A stretch of 64,000 bases of DNA, taken from NCBI RefSeq assembly GCF_036365525.1, contig NW_027140807.1, positions 1,488,001 to 1,552,000 on the forward strand, read 5' to 3'. The notes beneath the pieces were generated by a model. It made no database searches. It was not told the origin of the DNA and saw only the letters and a list, made by a program, of their open reading frames with translations. Positions 25,544 to 36,508 of the stretch are shown here, in pieces (the first letter of the stretch is position 1; each line of letters opens with the position of its first letter). The translations under genes were made by a program, and so were the position numbers. The DNA is from Heterodontus francisci (lineage: Eukaryota).

Positions 25544-25964
25544 GATTTCTTCATTCGATACCAACTCGATGTGTGAACGTGTGGAGTTTTCAACAACACA
25601 CTTGCAGGCAGTTTCTATATTGTATCCAATTAAATACCCAGCATCCGGTTGTCATTGTGATTGGCAGTCACTTACTGCGACACTCTGCTCCACCCCATTA
25701 CATTGTGCAGCAATGTTGTAGAATGATACAACACAGGAGGATAGGGGGAGATTGAATAGAGGTGTTCACATTTCAGAAAGGGATTTGATAGAGTAGAATT
25801 CAGGGAAACAACCCTCTGTACCCGGAGAGTGTGCCCATCCCTTATTGCCCTTGAGTTGGTGGTGGTGAACCATCTTCGGGAATGCCTGCTGGGCAGTTAA
25901 TAGTCAACAACATTGCTGTTGGTCTGGAGGCACATATAGGCCAGACCGGGTAAGAACGGCATAT

Positions 25965-26250
25965 TTCACTATGTTCACTATGGAGAAGGATGATGTAGGT
26001 GTCGATATCAGGGAGGGGGGTTGTGATGTACTTGAACATATTAGCTTTTAAAGGGAGGAGTATTAGCTGTTTTAGCAGTCCTAAAAGTGGATAAGACCGC
26101 AGCCCGGATGAGACATATCCCAGGCTGTTATGTGAGGCAAAGGAGGAGATTTCAGGGCCTCTGACACAAATTTTCAATTCCCCTCTGGCCACAGGAGTGA
26201 TCTCAGAGGACTGGAGGACAGCGAATGTGGTACCATTATTCAAGAAGGAC
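25965..26250 (+). mobile_element. CR1 internal fragment
   Basis: Encodes VDK..PDE.YPRLL.EAKEEI..EDWRTANVVPLFKK. Confidence 0.75.
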
Positions 26251-27544
26251 ACTTGTGCTCTTCTGAACTCGCTGTCAGGAGGCAGGTGTCCCAGAGATGA
26301 AGTTATCTGGAGAGGGATCTCGCCTTTCAACAGTGTGAAACAGCGGTCAGATGGTTAAGGGTTCCGAGCTGAGTTAGTTCCTGTTCATTGGGGGGTTGTT
26401 CGACTCTGTGTAGTGAAAGTTAGAGGGAGATTAACCAGACTGGTACCAGGGATGAGGGAGTTCAATTACTGTGGAGAGACTGGAGAAGCTGGGGGTTTCT
26501 CTCCTGAGAGCAGAGAAGGTTAATGGTAGATGTGATACAGATATTGAAGATGATAAAAGATTTTGATAGATAATTGATGACAAACCACATCATCTACTGG
26601 TCAATGTATAGAAAATCCTGGAAAAGATGGTCATTCATTATATTAGTGCAGCATGTTCAATTAGTTCATACAAACTGTAATCACCTGAAGATAGAGTTGG
26701 ATAGATAGAGAGACAGAGAGATAGATCACCAGGTAGAGAGATAGATAGATATCGAGAGAGGTAGAGAAATAGAGAGTTGGAGGGAAAGTCAGACAAGTAG
26801 AGAAATAGCGAGCTACATAGAGAGACAGTCACTGCCCTGTAAAAGACAGGAATGTTAATTCACATTCTCCCATTTACGCCGGCTTTGTAGCTCGTGGTAG
26901 AGTGGGGAATAGAGAGAGAGGGAGTGAGAGAGATGGAGAGAGAGGGATGGAGAGAGAGGGATGGAAAGAGAGGGATGGAGAGAGAGGGATGGAGAGAGGG
27001 AGCGACAGAAAGTTATTGATAAGTCACGAACTCATTGAAGGGCGGAGTGTTTTCGAAGTGATAAATGTTCTCCTTGTGTTCCCAGGTCACTGTTAAACTG
27101 TGTTCCAGACTCTGATGTTTATCATGGTCCAACAGCGCACTCTGCTGTCCCTTTGGAGAAAGAAAACGCAGTGAAATAAAACCACACCGTATCCATCTAT
27201 CTGTCTATCTGACTGTCTGTCTGTTTTTATCTGATCTTCATTTCAGATATTAAAATCTTTAATAATCTCTCTTAGACCGCTTAAAGTTTACTCTTGTCTT
27301 CTCCTTTCTGGAGAAATAAACCCCCGATGTTCAAACTTTCTTGATAACTTTAACCTCTGTGTTCTGATATCATTCCTGTAAAGTCTATTTCACAATTCCC
27401 CTGTGTTTCAATATCTAACCACTCAATTTCTATTTAAATCCGCCCTGTCTTCTTGTGAAAAACATGTTCCCAATGATAAAAACACCCAACAGGTCGCAGC
27501 ACCGCCTGGTTTTATCTGAAACAGGTATTTCCTGCTGCCTTTGG

Positions 27545-27583
27545 GGTTTTTCTTGAACTGCTCCATCGCTCTGAGTCACTGTG
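27545..27583 (-). other. 23-RSS of V9 (variant nonamer)
   Basis: CACAGTG-23bp-AGAAAAACC. Confidence 0.9.
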
Positions 27584-28039
27584 AAGACTCCAGGCACAGA
27601 AATACACGGCCGAGTGATTCTCCCACAGGCTGGAGGACTCCAGGTTGAACTCGTACTCATTCGGTCTCTCGGCGGTGAAACCATCCACCGTCCCCTCTGG
27701 ATCCACATAGTTAGCAATACTGGAGTAAAACATCAACAGCGGCTCCTTCCCCGGCTCTTGTCTGTACCAGTACATGTTGAAGTTACTGCGGCTCCCCTCC
27801 ACAGTGCACCTCAGTTCCACTCCTTTCCCGGGAAATCTGGAGACAGCGGCGGGAGTCTGGCGGATAGTCTGTGAGTTCACATCTGGGAGAGAGATGGAGA
27901 GAGGAGGAGATCAGTAAACAGGGAGCATCTGGGAATGAAAGGGAGACAGGGAGAGGAGAGGAAGGTTATTAACGATAATCTTTGCATTTCATGCTCACTT
28001 ACAATGAAACAGGATTATCAGACACAGTAACTGATACAT
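27584..28039 (-). CDS. TRBV: TCR beta V segment V9 (family F, TRBV30-like), open frame
   Basis: Leader 28003-28039 MYQLLCLIILFH; V exon 27584-27882 SQTIRQTP..CTVEG..WYRQ..YFCAWSL. Confidence 0.9.
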
Positions 28040-28227
28040 CTTTCACTTCAACTTGTTCTCTTAATAGACACAGGAGTGAGAGCAGGAGCTTCGAGTCTTG
28101 TGAAGGTCCAAATCCACTCTTTACAAATCATTGGGAGGAACATGAAGAGCATTAGGAAGTGATACAATGTTGGAGACGCCCATTCCCCCAGGTCAACAAA
28201 TCAGAATTGTATTGGCTGCCAATCTGC

Positions 28228-28680
28228 TTCTCTCTCTCTCTCTCTCTCTCTCTCTGTCCCCCTCTCTATCTCAGTCTCTCTGTCCCCCTCTCTCTCTCTC
28301 AGTCTCTCTGTCTCACTCTCACTGTCTCAGTCTCTCTATCCCCCTCTCTGTCTCAGGCTCTCTCTCTCTCACTCTCTCTGTTTCAGTCTCTCTGTCCGCC
28401 TCTCTCTCTCAGTCGATCTGTTTCAGTCTCTCTGACCCCTCTCTGTCTCAGTANNNNNNNNNNNNNNNNNNNNNNNNNNNNNNNNNNNNNNNNNNNNNNN
28501 NNNNNNNNNNNNNNNNNNNNNNNNNNNNNNNNNNNNNNNNNNNNNNNNNNNNNNNNNNNNNNNNNNNNNNNNNNNNNNNNNNNNTTCAGTCTGTTGTCTC
28601 TGTCAGTTTTCCTCTAAATCTCGTTCTGACCCTCTCTCACACTCGGTCTCCCTCTCTTTGTCTCTCTCACTGTGTGTGTG
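28228..28680. repeat. (CT)n-rich low-complexity tract with N run
   Basis: Seen directly; a longer related tract lies at ~30440-30970. Confidence 0.85.
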
Positions 28681-29088
28681 TATCCCTCTCTAAGGTGATG
28701 AATGTCCTTCTCCTGTCCATGTGTATGATGCTGGAGGGCTGGATGACCTCTGCCTCTTTCTGTTTTCCTATTAAATGTTTTACAGGCCATTGTGTATTCA
28801 TGGTCCTAGAGCACCCTCTGTTAACCATATAGAGGAAGAAAACTCAGTGTCAGTGCAGTAAAACTCAAGTCGTTTTATAGTTAATTCTTCCTGATAGTTA
28901 CACCTCAGATCTGGTGTTATCCTTGTTAATTGTTCTTTGCACATTCTCCACTACCTGTATATCTAATCTCTCACTACCACTCAAACCCATCTCTTCTTGT
29001 TATCATGAACACTTTCTCTCTGCAAAACGAAAGAAGTTCGAGGCTCCGAGCAGTTTTATCCTCCACAGGTGTTTCCTGCTGCCTTTAG

Positions 29089-29125
29089 GGTTTTTGTTGA
29101 ACTGCTCCATCTCTGAGTCTCTGTG
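29089..29125 (-). other. Aberrant RSS of V10 (21-bp spacer)
   Basis: CACAGAG-21bp-ACAAAAACC. Confidence 0.88.
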
Positions 29126-29610
29126 ATCTCTCCAGGCACAGAAATACACGGCCGAGTGATTCTCCCGCAGGCTGGAGGACTCCAGATTGAACTCGGAGTC
29201 TGTCGGTCTCTCGGCGGTGAAACCCTCCACCGTCCCCTCTGAGTTCTCCCTTTGTGCAGTTAGGGAGTAAAACATCAGCTGCGGCTCCTTCCCCGGGTAT
29301 TGTCTGTACCAGTACATGTAAGGGTTACTGGTACCATCCACGGTGCATTTCAGCTTCACCTGCTCCTCAGAAAATTTGGAGACAGAGGCGGGAGTCTGGT
29401 GGATAGTCTGTGAGTTCACATCTGGGAAAGAGACAGGGAGAGGAGGAGATCAATAAACAGGGAAATTCAGTCCAGTGGGGAGAGAGAAAGAGAGAGAAGG
29501 AGAGAACGAAATAAATAAAACCATATCCTAAAGAAATGTTAAGTAGAATTATTGTTTCAATAAAATTCCTTACGGTGAAACAGGGTGATCAGAGTCAGTA
29601 ACAGATACAT
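29126..29610 (-). CDS. TRBV: TCR beta V segment V10 (family F), open frame, aberrant RSS
   Basis: Leader 29574-29610 MYLLLTLITLFH; V exon 29126-29421 CTVDGTSNPYMYWYRQ..YFCAWRD. Confidence 0.88.
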
Positions 29611-29679
29611 CTTTTACTTTAAGCTGCCTTCTGAATCTGCAAAGGGGAGAGAGCAGGAGTGATTAGTGTTGTCAATAAC

Positions 29680-29750
29680 CAACCCACTCTTTACAAATCA
29701 TTGGGAGGAACAGGGAGAGCATTAGGAAGTGATGCAGAGATGGTGACGTT
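29680..29750 (-). promoter_or_regulatory. Conserved family-F proximal promoter block
   Basis: Minus strand CGTCA (CRE half-site)..ACTTCC (Ets)..CCAAT..TTTGTAAA about 80-140 bp before the ATG; recurs at ~28115-28180, ~31978-32045, ~36578-36648, ~38780-38850. Confidence 0.6.
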
Positions 29751-31393
29751 CATTTCCCACATCAACAAATGAGAATCGAGTTGGTTGCCAATGACCCACT
29801 TTCTCTCTCTCTCTCTGTCTCTCCCTGTCCTTTACTTGTGATGCTCCTTTCTTCCTCTCTGTCTCTCTTCTATGCCTCCCTATATGTCTCAGTCTGTTTA
29901 TTTCAGTCTCTCTCTCACAGANNNNNNNNNNNNNNNNNNNNNNNNNNNNNNNNNNNNNNNNNNNNNNNNNNNNNNNNNNNNNNNNNNNNNNNNNNNNNNN
30001 NNNNNNNNNNNNNNNNNNNNNNNNNNNNNNNNNNNNNNNNNNNNNNNNNNNNNNNNNNNNNNNNNNNNNNNNNNCCTTCTCCTGGTCATGTATATCAACC
30101 TGGAGGACTGTATGTTCTCTCACTGTTTCAGTTTTCCTGTGAACTCCTTCTCAAAAGCCATTGTACATCACATGGTCCAAGAGCGTCCTCAGCTGTCCCT
30201 GTGGTGAAAATATCCACAGTGTCAGTCTATAACAGCCCCAGTCCTTTTATTGTTATTCATTCCTGATAGTTACAATCCTGAGATCACGGGATATTCTTAT
30301 TCAATGAGCTGGAAGATGAATGGGCACGGATACAAAGCTGTGCATGTGTGTGCGTGTGTTTTTCACTCGCTCTGTCTTTAGTTAACTGTCTCCCTCTGTT
30401 TTACTGCTTGCTGTCTTTCTCTCCCTGTCTCATTCTGTGTGTGTGTGTGTCTGTCTCCCAATCTGTCTCACTCTCTTCCTCTGTGTTTTTTTTGCTTTTC
30501 TCTCGCACTTCCTTCTTCCCCCTCTCTGTCCTCCTCTCTCTCCTCTGTCTGTCTCTCTGTCTCAGTCGCTTTCCCTCAGTCGCTTTCTCTCTGTCTCTCT
30601 CTCAGTCTCTCTCTCTCTGTCTCTGTCTCTCTCTCTCTGTCTCTCTCTCACTCTCTGTCTCTCTCTGTCTCTCAGTCTCTCTCTCTCAGTCTCCCTCACT
30701 GTTTCTCTGTCTCAGTCTCTCTGTCTCAGTCTCTTCCTCTGTGTTTTTTGTTCTCCCTCTCTCTCTTTCTTGTTCCCCCTCTCTGTCCTCCTCGCTCTCC
30801 TGTCTCTTCTCCTGTCTGTCGCAATCTCTCTTTCTCAGTCTCTCTCTCTCAGTCTCTCTCTGTCTCAGTCCCAGTCTCTCTGTCTCAGTCTCTCTGTCTC
30901 TGTCAGTTTTCCTCTCAATCTTGTTCTATCCCTCTCTCACACACTCGGTCTTCCTCGATTTGTCTCTCTCGTTGAGTGTGTGTATATCCCTCTCTAAGGT
31001 GATGAATGTGCTTCTCCTGTCAATGTGTATGAAGCTCGAGGGCTGTATGACCTCTGCCTCTTTCTGTTTTCCTATTAAATGTTTGCCCGGCCATTGTGTA
31101 TTCATGGTCCTAGAGCACCCTCTGTTAACCCTACAGAGGAGGAAAACTCAGTGTCAATGCAGAAAAACTCAAGTCGTTTTATAGTTGATCTTTCCTGATA
31201 GTTACAACCTCAGATCTGGTGTCATCCTTGTTAATTGTTCATTGCACATTCTCTACTAACTGTATATCTAAACTCTCACTACCCCTCTGACCCATCTCTT
31301 CTTGTTATCATAAACACTTTCGCTCTGCAAAACGAAGGAAATTCGAGGCTCCGGGCAGTTTTACCCTCCACAGGTGTTTCCTGCTGCCTTTGG

Positions 31394-31432
31394 TGTTTTT
31401 GATGAACTGCTCCATCTCTCTGAGTCACTGTG
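31394..31432 (-). other. 23-RSS of V11
   Basis: CACAGTG-23bp-TCAAAAACA. Confidence 0.92.
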
Positions 31433-31906
31433 ATCTCTCCAGGCACAGAAATACACGACCGTGTGATTCTCCCGCAGGCTGGAGGGCTCCAGATTGAACT
31501 GGGAGCTAGTTGGTCTCTCGGCGGTAAAGCCATCCACCGCCTTCTCCGGATTTATGTGATCAGCACCTGTGGAGTAAAACATAAACTGTGGCTCCATCCC
31601 CGGGTATTGTCTGTACCAGAACATGTCAGGGTTACTGCTGCCCTGCACGGTGCATTTCAGCTTCACCGGCTCCTCAGAAAATTTGGAGACAGCGGTGGGA
31701 GTCTGGTGGATAGTCTGTGAGTTCACATCTGGGAAAGAGACAGGGAGAGGAGGAGATCAGTAAACAGGGAACCTCTGTCCAGTGGGAGAGAGACAGAGAG
31801 AAATAAATAAATAAAAACATCACCAAAAGAAATGTTAAGTAGAATTATTGTTTCAATAAAATGCCTTACGGTGAAACAGGGTGATCAGAGTCAGTAAAAG
31901 ATACAT
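31433..31906 (-). CDS. TRBV: TCR beta V segment V11 (family F), open frame
   Basis: Leader 31870-31906; V exon 31433-31728 ending YFCAWRD. Confidence 0.9.
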
Positions 31907-32509
31907 CATTTACTTTAAGCTGCCCGCTGAATCAGCAAAGGGGAGAGAGCAGGAGTGATGAGTGTTGTTAATAACCAACCCATTCTTTACAAATCATTGG
32001 GAGGAACAGGGAGAGCATTAGGAAGTGATGCAGAGATGGTGACGCCCAGGTAAACAACTCAGAGTGGAGTAGGTTGACAATGTCTCTCTCTCTCTCTCTA
32101 TCTGCATACATCCTGCTTTATGCCTACAACTCTTTCACTCTCTTTCTCTCTCTGTATCTGTGTGTGTTTGTGTGTGTGTGCATCTTTCTGTCTCTGTCTC
32201 CCTCTGTCCCGTACATTTCCACTGAGCCACTACGTCTCCCTGATTCACCCTCTCTGTCACTGTGTTTCATCACCGGATTGATTGAGAACCAGAGGTCACT
32301 TATTGATGGTAATTGGCAGAAGATCCAAAGGTGAACAGAGGAAACCTTTTGACACAGTGAATAGTTAGGATCTGGAATGCACTACCTGAGAGTGCGGGGG
32401 AGGCAGTTTCAATCGTCGCTTTCAGAAGGAAATTTGAATAATTATGTGTAAGGAAAAATGTGCAGTGTTATGTAGAAAGGGTAGGGGGAGTGGGACCAGC
32501 TGCAGAGAC

Positions 32510-32760
32510 CAAATACAGCAACAGGCTAACAGCATTGTGGAACATCCTGCATTCAGGCTGCAAGTGTGACCCTGAGATTCCGGTTAGCGGATACTTTTAA
32601 TTCTCATTCCCACTCCCTCCCTGACCTCTCTGTCCTCGACCTCCTTCTCTGCTCCAGTGAAGCTCAACAGAAACTCGAAGAAAAGCACATCATCTTTCAA
32701 TTGGATTCTTTACAGCTTTCAGGGCTCAACAATGAGTTAAACAATTTCTGATCATAACCA
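32510..32760 (+). mobile_element. Penelope-like element relic (GIY-YIG C-terminus)
   Basis: FNSHSHSLPDLSVL..SEAQQKLEEKHIIFQLDSLQLSGLNNELNNF matches the typical PLE endonuclease tail. Confidence 0.7.
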
Positions 32761-33671
32761 CTGCTCCGGTTTATATGAGCAGAGGTTTGTTGGTGATGAT
32801 TGCGTTTCTGCCATTTCCATCTCCTCTAGACCTATCTCTTGTTCTTTACTTGACCCATTAACTTCCCCTTTGTCTTGCACCAGCCTCAGTTTTGTTATTA
32901 AATCTCTCCTGCATTCCTCCCATTCTCCCTCTCCCTGGCTTTCTGCTGCTGCAAAGCTGATAGATCACTAAATCCTTCCAGTTCTGTTGAAAGGTCTACG
33001 ACCTGATATGTTAATGTTTTGTCTCTCTCCACAGAGGCTGTCTGACCTGATTAGTATTTCCATCCTTATTTATTTATAACCCAGAAACACAATGAGCTCC
33101 AATACAGTGACAGAGCGCCCAGAACCTAAACCATCCAGCATCTGCGGTACCTTGTGTTCAGTTCACCAGAGTGTAACCGGGATGTAGTTCTATAATTATC
33201 AGGAGAGGTTCATAGACAAGTTTCAAAGTCCCTATTAAAACATCATCAATAATCTGATACTTATCACGGTCCTACACCGCACTCTGCTGTCCCTTTGGAG
33301 AAAGACAACACAGTCAGTGAATAAAACACAACAGTGTCTGTCTGCCTACCAGCTATCTATCGACCTATCTCCCTACCTATCTGATCTTCACTTCACACAT
33401 TAAACCCTTTCATAATCTTTCTAAGAACTCTGAATGTTCACCCTTCAGTCTTCTCCTTTCTGGAGCAAAGATGTTCAAACTATCTTTGTTCTGATATCAT
33501 TCCTGTAAAGTCTATTTCACAATTCCCCTGTGCTTCTATATCTAACCTCTCACTTTCTGTTTAAATCCGCCCTGTCTTCTTGTGAAAAACACTTTTCCAA
33601 TGCCAAAAACAACCAACAGGACGCAGCACCGCCTGGTTTTATCTGAAACAGGTGTTTCCTGCTGCCTTTGG

Positions 33672-33710
33672 GGTTTTTGTTGAACTGCTCCATCTCTCTG
33701 AGTCACTGTG
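33672..33710 (-). other. 23-RSS of V12 (consensus)
   Basis: CACAGTG-23bp-ACAAAAACC. Confidence 0.95.
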
Positions 33711-34166
33711 AAGACTCCAGGCACAGAAATACACGGCCGAGTGATTCTCACGCAGGCTGGAGGAGTCCAGTTTGAACTCGTACTTATTAAGTTTCTCGGC
33801 GGTAAAACCGTCCACCGTCCCCTCTGGATCCACAAAGTTAGCAGTACTGGAGTAAAACATCAACAGCGGCTCCTTCCCCGGGTGTTGTCTGTATCAGTAC
33901 ATGGAGATGCTACTGCTGCTCCCCTTGACAGTGCACATCAGTTCTACTCCTTTCCCGGGAAATCTGGAGACAGCGGTGGGAGTCTGGTGGATAGTCTGTG
34001 AGTTCACATCTGGGACAGAGATGGACAGAGGAGGAGATCAGTAAACAGGGAATTTCTGGGAATGAAAGGGAGACAGGGAGAGGAGAGGAAGGTTATTAAC
34101 AATAATCTTTGCAATTCATACTCACTTACAGTGAAACAGGATTATCAGACCCAGTAACAGATACAT
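33711..34166 (-). pseudogene. TRBV: TCR beta V pseudogene V12 (family F)
   Basis: Leader 34130-34166 intact; V exon 33711-34009 has the conserved Trp changed to TGA at 33894-33896 (MY*YRQ). Confidence 0.9.
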
Positions 34167-34283
34167 CTTTCACTGGAACTTGTTCTCTTAATAGACGCAG
34201 GAGTGACAGCAGGAGCTTAGAGTCTTGAGAGGGTCCAAATCCACTTTTTACAATTCTTTCCTGCTGCCTTTGGTGTTTTTGTT

Positions 34284-35918
34284 ATTAGAATTAGAATTAG
34301 AATTAGAACATTACAGCGCAGTACAGGCCCTTCGGCCCTCGATGTTGCACCGACCTGTGAAACCATCTGACCTACACTATTCCATTTTCATCCATATGTC
34401 TATCCAATGACCACTTAAATGCCCTTAAAGTTGGCGAGTCTACTTCTGTTGCAGGCAGGGCGTTCCACGCCCCTACTACTCTCTGAGTAAAGAAACTACC
34501 TCTGACATCTGTCCTATATCTATCACCCCTCAACTTAAAGCTATGTTCCCTCGTGTTTGCCATCACCATCCGAGGAAAAAGACTCTCACTATCCACCCTA
34601 TCTAACACTCTGATTATCTTATATGTCTGTATTAAGTCACCTCTCCTCCTCCTTCTCTCCAACGAAAACAACCTCAAGTCCCTCAACATTTCCTCGTAGG
34701 ACCTTCCCTCCATACCAGGCAACATCCTAGTAAATCTCCTCTGCACCCTTTCCAAAGCTTCCACATCCTTCCTCTAATGCGGTGACCAGAACTGCACGCA
34801 ATACTCCAGGTGCAGTCTCACCAGAGTTTTGTACAGCTGCAGCATGACCTCGTGGCTCCGAAACTCGATCCCCCTACTAAGAAAAGCTAACACACCATAT
34901 GCCTTCTTAACAGCCCTATTAACCTGGGTAGCAACCTTCAGGGATTTATGCACCTGGACACCAAGATCTCTCTGTTCATCTACACTACCAAGAATCTTCC
35001 CATTAGCCCAGTACTCTGCATTCCTGTTACTCCTTCCAAAGTGAACCACCTCGCACTTTTCCGCATTAAACTCCATTTGCCATCTCTCAGCCCAGCTCTG
35101 CAGCCTATCTATGTCCCGCTGTACCCTACAACATCCTTCGGCACTATCCACAACTCCACCGACCTTAGTGACATCCTCAAATTTACTAACCCACCCTTCT
35201 ACACCCTCTTCCAAGTCATTTATAAAAATGACAAACAGCAGTGGCCCCAAAACAGAACCTTGCGGTACACCACTAGTAACTAAACTCCAGGATGAACATT
35301 TGCCATTCACCACCACCCTCTGTCTTCTTTCAGCTAGCCAATTTCTGATCCAAAGCTCGAAATCCCCTTCAACCCCATACTTCCGTATTTTCTGCAATAG
35401 CCTACCGTGGGGAACCTTATCAAACGCCTTACTGAAATCCATATAGACCACATCCACGGCTTTACCCTCATCCACCTGTTTGGTCACCTTCTCGAAAAAC
35501 TCAATAAGGTTTGTGAGGCACGACTTACCCGTCACAAAACCGTGCTGACTATCGCTAATGAACTTATTCTTTTCAAGATGATTATAAATCCTGTCTCTTG
35601 TAACCTTTTCCAACATTTTACCCACAACCGAAGTAAGGCTCACAGGTCTATAATTACCAGGGCTGTCTCTACTCCCCTTCTTGAACAAGGGGACAACATT
35701 TGCTATCCTCCAGTCTTCCAGCACTATTCCTGTCGACAATGATGACATAAAGATCAAGGACAAAGTCTCTGCAATCTCCTCCCTGGCTTCCCAGAGAATC
35801 CTAGGATAAATCCCATCTGGCCCAGGGGACTTATCTATTTTCACACTTTCCAAAATTGCTAACACCTCCTCCTTGTGAACCTCAATCCCATCTAGCCGAG
35901 TAGCCTGAATCTCAGTAT
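34284..35918 (-). mobile_element. Young 5'-truncated CR1 LINE
   Basis: About 380 uninterrupted RT codons within ORF 34774-36018, C-terminus in ORF 34372-34764, (TTCTAA)n tail at 34285-34308; catalytic FADD reads FEDV. Confidence 0.95.
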
Positions 35919-35996
35919 TCTTTCGCTCTGCTAAACAAAAGAAGTTCTCGGCTCCGAGCAGTTTTAAAGTCCACAGGTGTTTCCTGCTACCTTTGG

Positions 35997-36035
35997 GGTT
36001 TTTGTTGAACTGCTCCATCTCTCTGAGTCACTGTG
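35997..36035 (-). other. 23-RSS of V13 (consensus)
   Basis: CACAGTG-23bp-ACAAAAACC. Confidence 0.95.
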
Positions 36036-36508
36036 AAGACTCCAGGCACAGAAATACACGGCCGAGTGATCCTCCCGCAGGCTGGAGGACTCCAGGTTGA
36101 AGTCGAAGTTACTCGGTCTCTCGGCGGTGAAACCGTCCACCATCCCCTCTGATTTCACGTTTTGTGCAGCGATAGAGTAAAACATCATCTGCGGCTCCTT
36201 CCCCGGGTATTGTCTGTACCAGTACATGTATAGGATACTGGTGCTGCTGCGCTGCACGGTGCACTTCAGTTCCACTCTCTCACCAGGCAATTTAGAGACA
36301 GCGGTGGGAGTCTGGTGGATAGTCTGTGAGTTCACATCTGGGAAAGAGACAGAGAGATCAGTAAACAGGGACATTCAGTGCCTTGGGGAGAGAGAAGAGA
36401 GAGAGAGAATCAAAAATAAATACAACGAAAGAAATGTTAAGTAGAATTATTGTTTCAATATAATCCCTTACGGTGAAACAGGTTGATCAGAGTCAGTAAC
36501 AGATACAT
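36036..36508 (-). CDS. TRBV: TCR beta V segment V13 (family F), open frame
   Basis: Leader 36472-36508 MYLLLTLINLFH; V exon 36036-36337 ending YFCAWSL. Confidence 0.9.

Noticed and set aside
27486-27503. CCAACAGG(T/A)CGCAG 3' of several family-F RSSs as CTCF sites
   Set aside because: It misses the strongly conserved G of the GGC core and degrades further in paralogs; too weak without a matrix scan.
30348-31184. Ser/Leu-rich ORFs here and at 10415-11297, 28159-28832, 57404-58246
   Set aside because: These are translations of (CT)n and (TCTA)n tracts.
34774-36018. 414-aa RT ORF starting in the V13 RSS as a V-RT fusion or active retroelement
   Set aside because: Chance read-through into a 5'-truncated CR1; no endonuclease domain, FADD mutated to FEDV, and the C-terminus is in a different frame.
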